A stretch of DNA of 32,000 nucleotides from Crocosphaera subtropica ATCC 51142 (GTDB lineage: Bacteria; Cyanobacteriota; Cyanobacteriia; Cyanobacteriales; Microcystaceae), in the NCBI RefSeq assembly GCF_000017845.1, contig NC_010546.1, positions 4,260,001 through 4,292,000 on the forward strand, read 5' to 3'. Each line of letters begins with the position of its first letter. Within the stretch, counting starts at the first letter, position 1. Positions 1 to 10,276 of the stretch are shown in pieces. The notes beneath the pieces are model-generated. The model ran no database searches, was not told where the DNA came from, and saw only the letters and a program-made list of their open reading frames with translations. Position numbers and translations under genes: made by a program.

Positions 1-1239
1 TTTCAGCGTTTTGGTGTTCATTTAGGGTTAGAACGGAGCAAAACCTTATTAAATCAATTGAATAATCCTCATCAGCATATTCCTATCATTCATGTTGGAG
101 GAACCAATGGGAAGGGTTCAGTTTGCGCCTATTTATCTTCAATTTTAACTGAAGCTGGTTATAAAGTAGGGCGTTATACTTCTCCTCATTTAATTGATTG
201 GACAGAAAGAATTTGCATCAATAATCAGCCGATCCCAAAATTTCGACTAGAAACCATCTTAATTCACATTAAAAACTCCATTAATTTTAATCAAGATACT
301 CCGACACAATTTGAACTTATTACAGCAGCAGCTTGGCTTTATTTTTATCAAGAAAAAGTTGATATTGCTGTTATAGAAGTAGGGTTAGGAGGTCGTTTAG
401 ATGCCACTAATGTTTGCGATCATCCTCTGGCTACGGTTATCACTTCTATTAGTCGAGAACATTGGCAGCATTTAGGTCCGACTGTTAAGGACATTGCTGG
501 AGAAAAAGCGGGAATTTTTAAGTCACAATGTCCCGTGATTATGGGTCAAGTTCCTGATGAAGTTAAACCTGTTTTTCAGTCTCGTATTGCAGCTTTAAAT
601 TGTCCCCATGTTTGGACTCAACCGGGTAATGATATAAATAATAATCGAGCGGTTTACCAAGATATTGAATATGAGTTACCTCTCTTGGGAGAAATGCAGT
701 TGAATAATTCTGCTTTGGCTATAGAAACTATAAAAATTCTACAAAAGCAAGGGTGGAATATTACTAATGAGCATATTAGACAAGGGATTAAAAATACTCA
801 ATGGTTGGGTAGAGTACAATGGATCAAATGGCAAAATCACTCTCTTCTTATCGATGGGGCGCATAATCCTGCTGCTGCTAAGATGTTACGTCATTATGTT
901 GATAGTTTAGGTAAATCTATTATTTGGGTTATGGGAATGTTATCAACGAAAGAACATGATAAAATTTTTCAAGCATTACTTAAAGAAAACGATAGTTTAT
1001 ATTTAGTGCCTGTCCCTGATCATAGTACAGCCAATCCTCATGATTTAGCAGAATTAGCAAGGCAAATATGCCCCCATTTAACCCATATCAAAACTCAAAA
1101 AACGGTTTTTATAGCCCTTACAGAAGCTGTACAGAATCAATTTCCTGATCAAGTTATAGTTATAGCAGGTTCTTTATATTTGGTTGGTCATTTTTTAGCT
1201 AATATCCAATGCGATATAAACCAAGGTCAAAAGTATTAA
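1..1239 (+). CDS. folC: Folylpolyglutamate synthase / dihydrofolate synthase (FolC), 5'-truncated by the window edge
   Basis: Frame 1 is open from nt 1 (FQRFGVHLGLERSKTLLNQL precedes the track's Met). Mur-ligase P-loop HVGGTNGKGS, LIDGAHNPAAA motif, and typical FolC length and layout. Confidence 0.9.
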   Translation, partial: FQRFGVHLGLERSKTLLNQLNNPHQHIPIIHVGGTNGKGSVCAYLSSILTEAGYKVGRYTSPHLIDWTERICINNQPIPKFRLETILIHIKNSINFNQDTPTQFELITAAAWLYFYQEKVDIAVIEVGLGGRLDATNVCDHPLATVITSISREHWQHLGPTVKDIAGEKAGIFKSQCPVIMGQVPDEVKPVFQSRIAALNCPHVWTQPGNDINNNRAVYQDIEYELPLLGEMQLNNSALAIETIKILQKQGWNITNEHIRQGIKNTQWLGRVQWIKWQNHSLLIDGAHNPAAAKMLRHYVDSLGKSIIWVMGMLSTKEHDKIFQALLKENDSLYLVPVPDHSTANPHDLAELARQICPHLTHIKTQKTVFIALTEAVQNQFPDQVIVIAGSLYLVGHFLANIQCDINQGQKY

Positions 1240-1284
1240 GTTATAATCAGACAGGGATCACTCTACCTTCATTCTTTTTTAATT

Positions 1285-2028
1285 ATGCTTGATTCTTTAC
1301 AAACTCAACTTTATCATCTTCAACAATTTGCTAATCGGTTAGTTTCTCTAGAACTTGATCATCTGAGTTTTATTAGTATTGCTATCATTTTTTTAGCAGG
1401 ATTATTAACGAGTTTAACCCCTTGTATGCTGTCAATGTTACCCATTACTATTGCTTATATTGGAGGTTATGAATCTCAAGGAAAATTACAAGGAATGCGT
1501 CAATCTGCTTGGTTTTCTTTGGGTTTAGCAACCACTTTAGCCGGGTTAGGGATTCTAGCAGCATCCTTAGGGAAAGTTTATGGACAAATTGGGGTAGGAT
1601 TACCGATTGTTGTGAGTATTGTTGCTATTTTGATGGGTTTAAATCTTTTAGAGGTTATTTCTTTTCAATTTCCCTCTTTAGGAGAAACAAATTGGATTTC
1701 TGATGATTTTCCTCCTGGTATTCGTTCCTATTCTTTAGGATTAACTTTTGGTTTAGTTGCTTCTCCTTGCAGTACCCCCGTTTTAGCGACATTATTAGGA
1801 TGGGTTGCTACTCAACAAGACTTAATTTTAGGGGGTGCATTATTATTAGCTTATACGGTGGGTTATGTTCTTCCTTTAATTTTAGCAGGAACTTTTACCG
1901 CTACCCTGAAAAAGTTGTTAGAATTACGTCGTTGGTCTACTTGGATTAATCCTGTTAGTGGCGTTTTCTTAATTGTATTCGGGATGTTTTCTTTGTTATC
2001 TCGCTTACCATTAAACAATTTGTCCTAG
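1285..2028 (+). CDS. ccdA: Cytochrome c biogenesis thiol-disulfide transporter, CcdA/DsbD family
   Basis: Polytopic membrane protein with two conserved Cys-containing segments (LTPCMLSMLP and SPCSTPVLATLLG). It lies directly upstream of ccs1. Confidence 0.87.
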   Translation: MLDSLQTQLYHLQQFANRLVSLELDHLSFISIAIIFLAGLLTSLTPCMLSMLPITIAYIGGYESQGKLQGMRQSAWFSLGLATTLAGLGILAASLGKVYGQIGVGLPIVVSIVAILMGLNLLEVISFQFPSLGETNWISDDFPPGIRSYSLGLTFGLVASPCSTPVLATLLGWVATQQDLILGGALLLAYTVGYVLPLILAGTFTATLKKLLELRRWSTWINPVSGVFLIVFGMFSLLSRLPLNNLS

Positions 2029-2142
2029 CATCAGTAGATTAGATATTCGAAACTGAATCATGACCACACTCATAAAATTATCCCCATTTTCAACCAAAGA
2101 GACTGGTGAAAAACAAGAAAATTTAAAGATAGCAATTAACAA

Positions 2143-2150
2143 GCGATCGC
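2143..2150. repeat. HIP1 octamer GCGATCGC (one representative copy; at least 20 in the window)
   Basis: Exact palindromic octamer. Further copies seen near 2296, 3858, 5849, 8020, 12325, 13849, 14007, 14617, 15944, 16939, 17118, 20033, 22280, 26340, 29175, 29808, 30221 and 31110. Confidence 0.9.
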
Positions 2151-2181
2151 TTTATAATAAAAGTAAGAATAAGTGTAGAAT

Positions 2182-3537
2182 ATGACCATATCTGATTCTC
2201 CTCAAACTCCTGAAAATCTATCCTTACCGAAACAAGGATTTAGACAACTGATTAAAATAGTTGCCGATCTTCGTTTAGCCATTGTTCTCTTATTAGCGAT
2301 CGCTTTATTTAGTATTAGTGGGACTGTTATCGAACAGGGCGAAACTATCTCTTTTTATCAACAAAACTATCCCGAAGATCCGGCCTTATTTGGCTTTTTA
2401 ACCTGGAAAGTTATCTTAATTTTAGGACTGAACCATGTTTATACAACTTGGTGGTTTTTATCCCTATTAGTGTTGTTTGGAACTAGCTTAACTACTTGTA
2501 CTTTTACCCGTCAGTTTCCTGCCTTGAAAGCAGCTAGAAAATGGAACTTTTACCAGAAAGCGAGACAGTTTGAAAAGTTAGCATTAAGTACAGAATTAGC
2601 CATTAATGATCTCAAATTTGTTAATAATCTTTTAGAACAGAAAGGCTATAAAACTTTTCAAGAAAATCAAGCCATTTATGCTAGAAAAGGAATTATAGGA
2701 AAAATTGGCCCGATAGTGGTTCATGCTGCGATGTTAATCATATTAGGGGGTGCTATTTGGGGCGCATTGACAGGGTTTTTAGCCCAAGCAATGGTTCCCA
2801 CTGGTTCGGAATTTAAGGTTAATAATATCATCGAAGCGGGTCCCTTATCTCAACCCCAAATTCCTAAAGATTGGGGAATTCGAGTGAATCGTTTTTGGAT
2901 TGATTACACCCCAGATGGAACCATTGATCAGTTTTATTCTGACCTTTCTGTAATTAATAATGACGGAGAAGAATTAAAGCATAAAACCATTTATGTTAAT
3001 GAACCTTTGCGTTATCATGGGGTAACTTTTTACCAGACTGATTGGGGAATTGCAGGGGTTCAAGCACAAGTCAATAATAGTCCTATTTTTCAACTGCCCA
3101 TGGCCCTTTTAAATACCAATGGAAATGGTCGGATTTGGGGGACTTGGATACCCACAAAACCGGATTTAAGCGAAGGGGTTTCTTTATTAGCAAAAGACTT
3201 ACAAGGAACCATGATGGTGTATGATCAAAAGGGCGATCTTTACAGTGCAGTCAGACCTGGAATGATCCTAGATATTAATGGGGTCAGATTAAAGATTTAT
3301 CAATTAATTGGTAGTACAGGATTACAAATTAAAGCTGATCCAGGTATTCCTTTTGTGTACACTGGTTTTGGTTTATTGATGATGGGTGTCATCATGAGTT
3401 ATGTTTCCCATTCCCAAATTTGGGTATTACAAGAGGATGAACATTGTTACATTGGCGGAAAAACCAACCGATCTCAAGTGACTTTTGAACGAGAATTATT
3501 GGGAATTATCGAATCATTAGAACCAGAAAAAACTTAA
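2182..3537 (+). CDS. ccs1: Cytochrome c biogenesis protein Ccs1/CcsB (ResB family)
   Basis: N-terminal TM helices, a large soluble loop and a C-terminal TM ([24 protein letters not shown]). ResB-like organisation next to ccdA. Confidence 0.86.
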   Translation: MTISDSPQTPENLSLPKQGFRQLIKIVADLRLAIVLLLAIALFSISGTVIEQGETISFYQQNYPEDPALFGFLTWKVILILGLNHVYTTWWFLSLLVLFGTSLTTCTFTRQFPALKAARKWNFYQKARQFEKLALSTELAINDLKFVNNLLEQKGYKTFQENQAIYARKGIIGKIGPIVVHAAMLIILGGAIWGALTGFLAQAMVPTGSEFKVNNIIEAGPLSQPQIPKDWGIRVNRFWIDYTPDGTIDQFYSDLSVINNDGEELKHKTIYVNEPLRYHGVTFYQTDWGIAGVQAQVNNSPIFQLPMALLNTNGNGRIWGTWIPTKPDLSEGVSLLAKDLQGTMMVYDQKGDLYSAVRPGMILDINGVRLKIYQLIGSTGLQIKADPGIPFVYTGFGLLMMGVIMSYVSHSQIWVLQEDEHCYIGGKTNRSQVTFERELLGIIESLEPEKT

Positions 3538-3550
3538 AAATGAATAGCCC

Positions 3551-4057
3551 TTAACTTAACCAAATTAATACACCAATAATGACAATAAATAATCCCAATG
3601 CTACCCCAATAAACCCATTATCCTTGGTATCTATTTGGGTAATATCTTCTAAATCTAGGGATGATTTTTTAATCGGTTGAGTAGCAGGTTTTGCTTGCAC
3701 ATAACGAGGGGTTGGGTTATCTTCGGAGTTAGTTGTGGGAATTTTTGTCATCCATGCTTCAGGACGCTTTAACTGAGGTGCTTTGAGAATGTATAATATT
3801 CGTTGACTTTGTTGACGAATAGCTAAGTTAGGGTGACGGGTTAATTCTTCACAAAGAGCGATCGCATCGTCTAATTTATCCACTCCTTGATAAGCAGTTA
3901 CTAAAGACAGTTGAACTTCTCCTCCTAACTTTGAAGATGGGTTGACCAATGATTTTGCTTCTTCGAGAGTTTTGACACTACTACGATATTGTCCCCGATC
4001 TAATAATGCTTGTCCTTGTTGATATTTTAGTTTGACTTGTTCTAACTTAGAATCCAT
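3551..4057 (-). CDS. Hypothetical TPR-like protein with a C-terminal transmembrane anchor
   Basis: The helical N-terminal half resembles TPR. A Pro/Thr-rich linker leads to a single C-terminal hydrophobic helix (FIGVALGLFIVIIGVLIWLS). Only 2 nt separate it from the upstream gene. Confidence 0.5.
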   Translation of the reverse strand: MDSKLEQVKLKYQQGQALLDRGQYRSSVKTLEEAKSLVNPSSKLGGEVQLSLVTAYQGVDKLDDAIALCEELTRHPNLAIRQQSQRILYILKAPQLKRPEAWMTKIPTTNSEDNPTPRYVQAKPATQPIKKSSLDLEDITQIDTKDNGFIGVALGLFIVIIGVLIWLS

Positions 4058-4059
4058 CG

Positions 4060-4704
4060 TTACAATAACTTTGTTTTCTTACAGTTTAGCCGATATTTGC
4101 TAATTTTAAGCGGTTTAGAAAGGGTATCAGAAATGGTTTTTAGTAGTTTCTCATTAGTTACCATTTGTTCATGGGTTAAAACAGGAAGTTTGATCTCTTC
4201 TCCTATGGCTATTTTAGAACTAGATGCAGGGAAAATCATCAAATCGTAAGGAGTCCAAATTACAGTAACATCAATCTTATTTAAAGTGATTTCTAAATCC
4301 TCATTTAAGTCCTGTAAAAATTGACTATTAGGACGCATTTGTTTAATCCCTGGATTAGCTAATACATAAGCAGTAATGGTTCCATTATTGGGGGTAGAAA
4401 TATTAATATAACGTTGAACTTTTTCCACTCCTCCTAAGCGTTGTAAATAATAGCGAGTGACTAATCCTCCCATACTAAAACCAATTAAATCAATGGGTTG
4501 TTGAGGGTCAAAATTGTTGTTAATATAGTCATGAACTTGTTCAGCTAAATGTTCAAGATGACCATCTCCATTATTGGGTTTGAGGGACACACCATGAACC
4601 GACCAACCTAAATGGGTCAAATAGTTTGTCATGGTATTAAATTTAGCAGATGTATTATAAATGCCGTGAACTAATAACACTGGATTTTTGTTATTTTCTA
4701 TCAT
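4060..4704 (-). CDS. Alpha/beta-hydrolase, lipase/esterase-like
   Basis: VLLVHG oxyanion-type segment and nucleophile elbow GFSMGG. No signal peptide. Confidence 0.7.
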   Translation of the reverse strand: MIENNKNPVLLVHGIYNTSAKFNTMTNYLTHLGWSVHGVSLKPNNGDGHLEHLAEQVHDYINNNFDPQQPIDLIGFSMGGLVTRYYLQRLGGVEKVQRYINISTPNNGTITAYVLANPGIKQMRPNSQFLQDLNEDLEITLNKIDVTVIWTPYDLMIFPASSSKIAIGEEIKLPVLTHEQMVTNEKLLKTISDTLSKPLKISKYRLNCKKTKLL

Positions 4705-4716
4705 CGTTAAATTATT

Positions 4717-5646
4717 TTATTCAAAAGTAACAGCTATTGTTTCTATTTCAGTTTTGGGTAATCCTCGATATTCTGCTGTAATGGTTTTTCCTGTTGCGAC
4801 TGGTATCAAAGGGGTAATACTTCCTAGGGATAATAAATCCCCTTTTTTTAAGGTTTTTCCTTGGGTTTGTAATTGCTGTTTAATCCAAAATACCACAGTT
4901 AAGGGATCACCTAATAAAGAATTACTGTTTCCGTGTGCAATCATTTTTCCTGACTCATCTCCTAGGGTAACAGAAATATTCTTTAGCTGATCTTCGTTGC
5001 TATTTGTAATATCTAAGGGAATAATATTACCCACAACCCCTAATCTTGCACCTGCATTAATTGCCGTCAACATTTCACCATTAACTTTGATATTTTTATC
5101 ATAAACTAAATCAGGTAACTCTAGAAAAGGAATAACAGCATCTAAATATTGTAAAATTTCTTGAGGTGTAGTGGCTTCATTAATTTTTTTACTTGCTACT
5201 CTTACCATTAAATCCCCTTCCATCATGGGTTTTGCACCAAAACTAGCAGGAACTTTAATTCCTGACGGTAATAACATATTTTCTAACAAAATACCTAATA
5301 GGGGTTGACCTACGTTAAAAGTTTCTTGTGCTTTTTTATTGGTTAATGCTGCTTTGTAACCGATTAATTCCCCTTGAGTAAAACTTAAAATGTTAATTAA
5401 TTTTTCTTGTATTATTCTTGCTTCTTCAGGTGTCAAATTGTAGTCAAACTCTGTAATAAGTTGCTTATCTAAGTAAGAATTAGCAATTTTTTGAGCAATA
5501 TTTTCAAGATCAATAGATGATAAGTTGCTAAGTAAAGTAGATAGATTGTTTTGAGGATTATTATTAATAATTTTAGACTGTGCTTTAACAGTCAACAAAG
5601 AGAAGAAAAAAAGAGAAAAGAGAAAAAATAACTTAACTTTTTTCAT
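4717..5646 (-). CDS. Secreted 2-keto-4-pentenoate hydratase / FAH-superfamily-like protein
   Basis: N-terminal signal peptide MKKVKLFFLFSLFFFSLLTVKA|Q. MhpD/HpcG-like segments GYKAALTNKKAQE, MEGDLMVRV and GDLLSLGSITP. Confidence 0.55.
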   Translation of the reverse strand: MKKVKLFFLFSLFFFSLLTVKAQSKIINNNPQNNLSTLLSNLSSIDLENIAQKIANSYLDKQLITEFDYNLTPEEARIIQEKLINILSFTQGELIGYKAALTNKKAQETFNVGQPLLGILLENMLLPSGIKVPASFGAKPMMEGDLMVRVASKKINEATTPQEILQYLDAVIPFLELPDLVYDKNIKVNGEMLTAINAGARLGVVGNIIPLDITNSNEDQLKNISVTLGDESGKMIAHGNSNSLLGDPLTVVFWIKQQLQTQGKTLKKGDLLSLGSITPLIPVATGKTITAEYRGLPKTEIETIAVTFE

Positions 5647-5768
5647 AGATAACCATTAGGTTTATGAGATTTCATAGTGGAAATGAGCTTCAAAAGAACA
5701 ATTATACCTAAACTTTCGTCTATAATTGAGTAGATTATCACTCAATGCTCCAATCATAACCTTATCCT

Positions 5769-8252
5769 ATGTTACAGAAAAAATTTTCCTTTCCTCAAAC
5801 TCGTATTTGGATAATTCTAGGATTAATATGGTTAGGAAGTAATTTATGCGATCGCTTATGGTTAAGTTTAGATCAGTCTCTCCCTGCTTGGGATCAAAGT
5901 AATCATTTAACCAAATCTCTACAGTATTATTATAGTTTAAATTCCCCTGAAATATTCAATGAAGAATGGTGGCGTAATTTTTGGAGGTTATCGACAAAAT
6001 ATCCTCCTTTAACTTATATTATTGGAGCTTTTTTTCAGAAACTTTTTGGCTTGGGAAACGATCAAGCTCTCTTATCTAATTTATTATACAATGGAATATT
6101 AATTATTTCAGTTTATATCATCGGAAAAACTTTATTTAATCCTAAAGTTGGGTTATGGAGTGCAGGGTTAACCTTATTATTCCCCCGTTTATACCAAACC
6201 CGTTTACAGTTTCTTCTTGATACTCCTTTGATGACGTTAACCGTTGCTTGTTTTTGCTGTTTAACAGTATGGAAATTTGAAAATAATAGACGGAAACAAT
6301 GGTTATGGACAATAATTTTTGGGGTGAGTTGGGGACTTGCTTTACTCACTAAACAAAGTGTTATGTTTTTCCTTTTTACTCCCTTAGTGTGGTTAGGAAT
6401 TACTTATTTATGGCAAAACAAATGGGAGAGAATTTTACAATTGTGGGTGAGTTTTCTGGTTTCTAGTTTGGTATGGTTTCCTTGGTATCGAACTAACTGG
6501 ATCTATTTATTTAGTACAGTACAAAATTCTAATGCTATTCCTGCAACTTATGAAGGTGATCCCCCGCTTAATACCGTAGCTGCTTGGACTTATTATTGGC
6601 AAGATTTACCCTTAGCAATTGGTTGGGTATTTTTATTAGTTCCTTTGGTGGGATTACTGCTACATTTATTAGGAAAATTTCCGAAAAATAAGAACAATAT
6701 TGATCATAAAAAAGTAATCGAAAGTATGAAATGGTTAGGAGTTTATTTTGTTGGATCTTATTTAATTTGTTCAGCAATTTTTAATAAAGATACACGCTAT
6801 ATTATGTCTTACTTACCGATTTTAGCGGTGTTTTTAAGCTATGGTTTAACCCAATGGCGAGGAAAATGGCAACCCGTTCGATGGATAACTGTATTACTAG
6901 CTATTATCGTAATGATTACGAATCTATTTCCCATTTCTAGAACAGAACAATTCTCCTTATTCTTAAGTCCTGGTGTTGCTTTTCGTCCCTATTTGGGTCA
7001 AGAAATACCTGTTAAAAATATAATTGAAACGGCTCAAAAAACGACACCTTATCAAATAGTAAATTTAGGAGTCATTGCGAATACTGATAACATTAATCAT
7101 AATACTATTAATTATTATGGTCAGTTAGCTAATTTTCAGGTTTATGGACGGGAACTAGGAAATAAAGAAAGTTATATTCAACAGGATAGTAATTCTTTTG
7201 ATTGGTTTTTGAGTAAAACTGGAGACAATGGTTTTGCTAGAGAAAATCAATTAGAATTTGCTGAAACTTTAAACAATAATCCACGGTATAATCTCATTAA
7301 AACCTGGGAAATGCCCGATCAAAGTTTAGTTAAATTATATCATCGTAAGCAAGCATCGGTTGAGGTTCAGCCTATTACTCAATCGATTAATAAAATTCAC
7401 CTAGATAAAGTCATTATTCCTCAACAAGCTTCCTCGAATTATCCCATTCCTATTACTTATGAATGGTCAGGAAATTGGCAAGAATTACAAGATGGTTTAG
7501 TGTTATTATCTTGGTATCCCGAAGGAGTAAATAATAATCAAATTGCTTGGATACATGATCATGGAATTGGAGAAGGAATGTTATGGGGAAATTATCCTAA
7601 TAATCAAGGATTTAAAGTAACTGAAACTATGTCAATGCTTCCTAATCAAACTGTCAAAGATGGTAACTATAGCCTCAGAGCAATGTATCTGAATCGTAAA
7701 ACGAATAAAAGTTATTTAATTCCTGTGCCTGACGTTACTTTAACCATTAATAATAACCTTAATCCTTTACCCTCTCCTCAACTAGATTTAGGAACTCAAT
7801 TACGCAATGTTTCTATTAATTTAGCTGAAGGTATATCAGGGTTAGATACTATCTTTCGTAAAGTTGGTCGTTTTAATCAATATGATCCTATTCAAGACTA
7901 TCTCAAACAAATAGAAATAGCTCTCAACTATCGCTTAGATCATTATCCTCAAAACCATCAATTAAACTGGACTTATGGGTTAGTATTATCTCAAGTCTTA
8001 CAAGAAGATGCCAAAGAAGCGATCGCAGCGTTAAAACAATTGATTAATATTGCTCCAGATAATCCCTATCATCATGCTTATCTTGCCTTTGTTTATCTTT
8101 ACAATTGGCAACCCAAAGCAGCAGAAAAAGCCTTAAAACCTGCCCTGCAAATGAACCCTAATATTGAAGAATTCAAAGCGTTAGAAGGTATTTCTAAACT
8201 GATGCAAGGTAATTTAATTAAAGGATGGCAATTGTTATCCCCTATATTATAA
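5769..8252 (+). CDS. ArnT/PMT-like (GT39/GT83-type) membrane glycosyltransferase with a large C-terminal soluble domain ending in TPR repeats
   Basis: About 12 predicted TM helices in the first ~400 aa, as in lipid-linked-sugar transferases. The C-terminus (AIAALKQLINIAPDNPYHHAYLAFVYLYNWQPKAAEKALKPALQMNP) is TPR-like. Confidence 0.7.
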   Translation: MLQKKFSFPQTRIWIILGLIWLGSNLCDRLWLSLDQSLPAWDQSNHLTKSLQYYYSLNSPEIFNEEWWRNFWRLSTKYPPLTYIIGAFFQKLFGLGNDQALLSNLLYNGILIISVYIIGKTLFNPKVGLWSAGLTLLFPRLYQTRLQFLLDTPLMTLTVACFCCLTVWKFENNRRKQWLWTIIFGVSWGLALLTKQSVMFFLFTPLVWLGITYLWQNKWERILQLWVSFLVSSLVWFPWYRTNWIYLFSTVQNSNAIPATYEGDPPLNTVAAWTYYWQDLPLAIGWVFLLVPLVGLLLHLLGKFPKNKNNIDHKKVIESMKWLGVYFVGSYLICSAIFNKDTRYIMSYLPILAVFLSYGLTQWRGKWQPVRWITVLLAIIVMITNLFPISRTEQFSLFLSPGVAFRPYLGQEIPVKNIIETAQKTTPYQIVNLGVIANTDNINHNTINYYGQLANFQVYGRELGNKESYIQQDSNSFDWFLSKTGDNGFARENQLEFAETLNNNPRYNLIKTWEMPDQSLVKLYHRKQASVEVQPITQSINKIHLDKVIIPQQASSNYPIPITYEWSGNWQELQDGLVLLSWYPEGVNNNQIAWIHDHGIGEGMLWGNYPNNQGFKVTETMSMLPNQTVKDGNYSLRAMYLNRKTNKSYLIPVPDVTLTINNNLNPLPSPQLDLGTQLRNVSINLAEGISGLDTIFRKVGRFNQYDPIQDYLKQIEIALNYRLDHYPQNHQLNWTYGLVLSQVLQEDAKEAIAALKQLINIAPDNPYHHAYLAFVYLYNWQPKAAEKALKPALQMNPNIEEFKALEGISKLMQGNLIKGWQLLSPIL

Positions 8253-8279
8253 GGTTGATTGATAATTCAATTATAGGAA

Positions 8280-9266
8280 TTATGTGGAAAATAATTTTTT
8301 CCTAACTTTTCTTAAAAATAATTTAAACATTTTTAGTTTAGTTAAATCCTGAATATCTCCTTTGAGGTGCAATTTATGATCAAAAAAGAAGTTTATTTCT
8401 TCTAAAATAATTTCTAACCGTTTGATAATATTTGTACTCCTATATTCGGCTAAAATATGGGGTAATAAACTTAATTTCTTAGACGAATTAATTACTTTTA
8501 AAATCCGTTTAACATCATAATCTGTTGAGTAACCAGCAATTTTATAACAATTAAATCCGGGATCTAAATAATCAGAAAGTCCCCCATTAAGACTAGAAAA
8601 AACTTGACAGCCACAAGCTAAAGCTTCCATCGGTTGTAGTCCAAACCCTTCACTGACTCGTTGTTGCGCCCAATATTCGGCCGAGTCATAAAGATAAACT
8701 TTAGAACGATTAAAAAGTTTAGATAAATCATCGACAAAATGATTAATAACTACGACATTACATTGACTTTGTAAAGCAGGAATCAGTTGTTTTAATAAAT
8801 AATCAGATGATTTTCTTTGTTGAACTAAAACATCAATATCTCTGTCTAAATTTAAGTTATTAAACTCATCAGAAATTTCATTAGGTAAATAATAAACTAA
8901 ACTATTGGGAGATTTTTGGCCCCAATAGCCCATCGTATTACGACTAACAGTTATAATGGGAATACTAGAGGGCAATTTAAAACCATATCCTGCACTATGG
9001 GCATGATAAATAACATTATAAGACTTTAATTTTTGAGCCAATTTAGGAACATCAAAGCCCCAACTGATAACAAAAATGACATCATCTAAATTACTTTGTT
9101 TTAAAACATCATCTAAAAAAAGAGTATCTGTTTCTTTTTGGCGATAAGTAACTATTTCAGAAGTACAAACTTTTCTAGCCAATTCAAAAGTTTTTAACTC
9201 TGCAAAAAGTCCTCCACAAGCAAATTTTTTTCCTGTTCCTGGCACTAAAAAATATAGGTTTCTCAT
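8280..9266 (-). CDS. Glycosyltransferase (GT1/GT4-like, retaining-type E-x7-E region)
   Basis: C-terminal-half motif EGFGLQPMEALACGCQVFSS, typical of GT4-type enzymes. Visibly AT-rich. Confidence 0.6.
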   Translation of the reverse strand: MRNLYFLVPGTGKKFACGGLFAELKTFELARKVCTSEIVTYRQKETDTLFLDDVLKQSNLDDVIFVISWGFDVPKLAQKLKSYNVIYHAHSAGYGFKLPSSIPIITVSRNTMGYWGQKSPNSLVYYLPNEISDEFNNLNLDRDIDVLVQQRKSSDYLLKQLIPALQSQCNVVVINHFVDDLSKLFNRSKVYLYDSAEYWAQQRVSEGFGLQPMEALACGCQVFSSLNGGLSDYLDPGFNCYKIAGYSTDYDVKRILKVINSSKKLSLLPHILAEYRSTNIIKRLEIILEEINFFFDHKLHLKGDIQDLTKLKMFKLFLRKVRKKLFST

Positions 9267-9324
9267 AGGTTATTTTTTCTTAAATTACAGATATTTTTAT
9301 TTATTTTACCATTATTAGTGTAAT

Positions 9325-9777
9325 TTAATTGGGTAAAATCAAGAATAAGATAATAATTAAAGTGAAAAGATTAGTACAATTAAACAGAATATAATCATTA
9401 AGAGAGAAATTATTAAAAATCTTTTGGGAATAATTTAGACCCAATGCAATTATCTCTGGTTTAAACTGACTTAAAACTGGGATTAAAGTCAGCAGAACAA
9501 AAGAAATAATCGAGCCAACAGTTAAAATTAAATTATTACTCAAAAAAATAATGCTAATAATAAAAAATACGACTGACAAGAATAATAAAAAAAGATAGGT
9601 AGTGAAGATACCAATAGCAATAGGAAAAAAAATTAACATAAATAAAGTACACGCTAAATTATTTTTGACCCATCTAAAACCATCTTCCCATGAAAGTTTC
9701 TTAAAAATACTAAGCTGATAAAGCAAATCTATTAAAAACAAAAGAAAAGCCGAAAATAAAGCAATATATAACCGCAT
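9325..9777 (-). CDS. Hypothetical polytopic membrane protein
   Basis: Four to five hydrophobic helices, very AT-rich, no recognisable motif. Confidence 0.4.
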   Translation of the reverse strand: MRLYIALFSAFLLFLIDLLYQLSIFKKLSWEDGFRWVKNNLACTLFMLIFFPIAIGIFTTYLFLLFLSVVFFIISIIFLSNNLILTVGSIISFVLLTLIPVLSQFKPEIIALGLNYSQKIFNNFSLNDYILFNCTNLFTLIIILFLILPN

Positions 9778-10276
9778 AATCCAAGATCAGTTAAAATATT
9801 AATATCTCAGAGCCAATATGGTTTTTAGTCTCATACTCAACTCAATACCCCCCTAGAGATCAAGCAAAAAGCTTTAACAAAAAATAGACTACCGTAATGT
9901 TTGAGCTTTTCATCATATTCTAACCATTATTTCCTCTATTAACCAAGTTGGGTGCAACTTGATTTAAGCATTGGGGTTTAAATTATTAAGGAAAGTATAT
10001 TAATGTAATTTTATTTAAAGCTCCTCTTGTTACTAAAGAGTTTATTTCGCTATAACAAGAATATAGCTTTTCTACGTTCTAAGTATTACATTTTAAAACA
10101 AATAAGAACGAGAAAACTAAGCTAAATTCTGTAAGTTTTTGACTGTCTTCTCAGGTTAGTCAGTTTTTTACTAACTATTTTCCTGTTGCTTAAGTTCAGA
10201 TTAATAGATTCAGTGAAATTAACCTAGAAAATGCAGTTAAGAACTGAAAACTTAATAATAAAAAGGAGGCTTGATT

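Noticed and set aside
1509..1949. Track ORFs 1509..1703 and 1767..1949 (+) inside ccdA.
   Set aside because: They lie in alternative frames of a well-supported membrane-protein gene. Their translations are low-complexity (Phe/Ser/Arg-rich) with no start context. They are shadow ORFs.
2060..2185. A 41-aa Lys-rich ORF ([41 protein letters not shown]) whose TGA overlaps the ccs1 ATG (ATGA).
   Set aside because: AT-rich intergenic DNA readily gives Lys/Asn-rich ORFs. It has no SD and no recognisable fold. The ATGA overlap alone is not enough. It is worth checking only if ribosome-profiling data exist.
4688..4990. Track ORF 4688..4990 (+), and likewise 6113..6349, 6568..6777, 10361..10555, 11511..11702, 11829..12029, 20804..21013, 22175..22363, 26621..27167, 28276..28479, 29346..29534 and 29946..30194.
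   Set aside because: All lie antisense to, or out of frame within, longer ORFs that carry clear family motifs. None has its own motif or plausible translation signals.
10140..10169. TGACT-N13-AGTCA hairpin followed by a T6 run in the leader of the PG-binding ORF (possible attenuator or sRNA terminator).
   Set aside because: The stem is only 5 bp and AT-poor in stability terms, and no upstream + strand transcript is evident. It is too weak to call.
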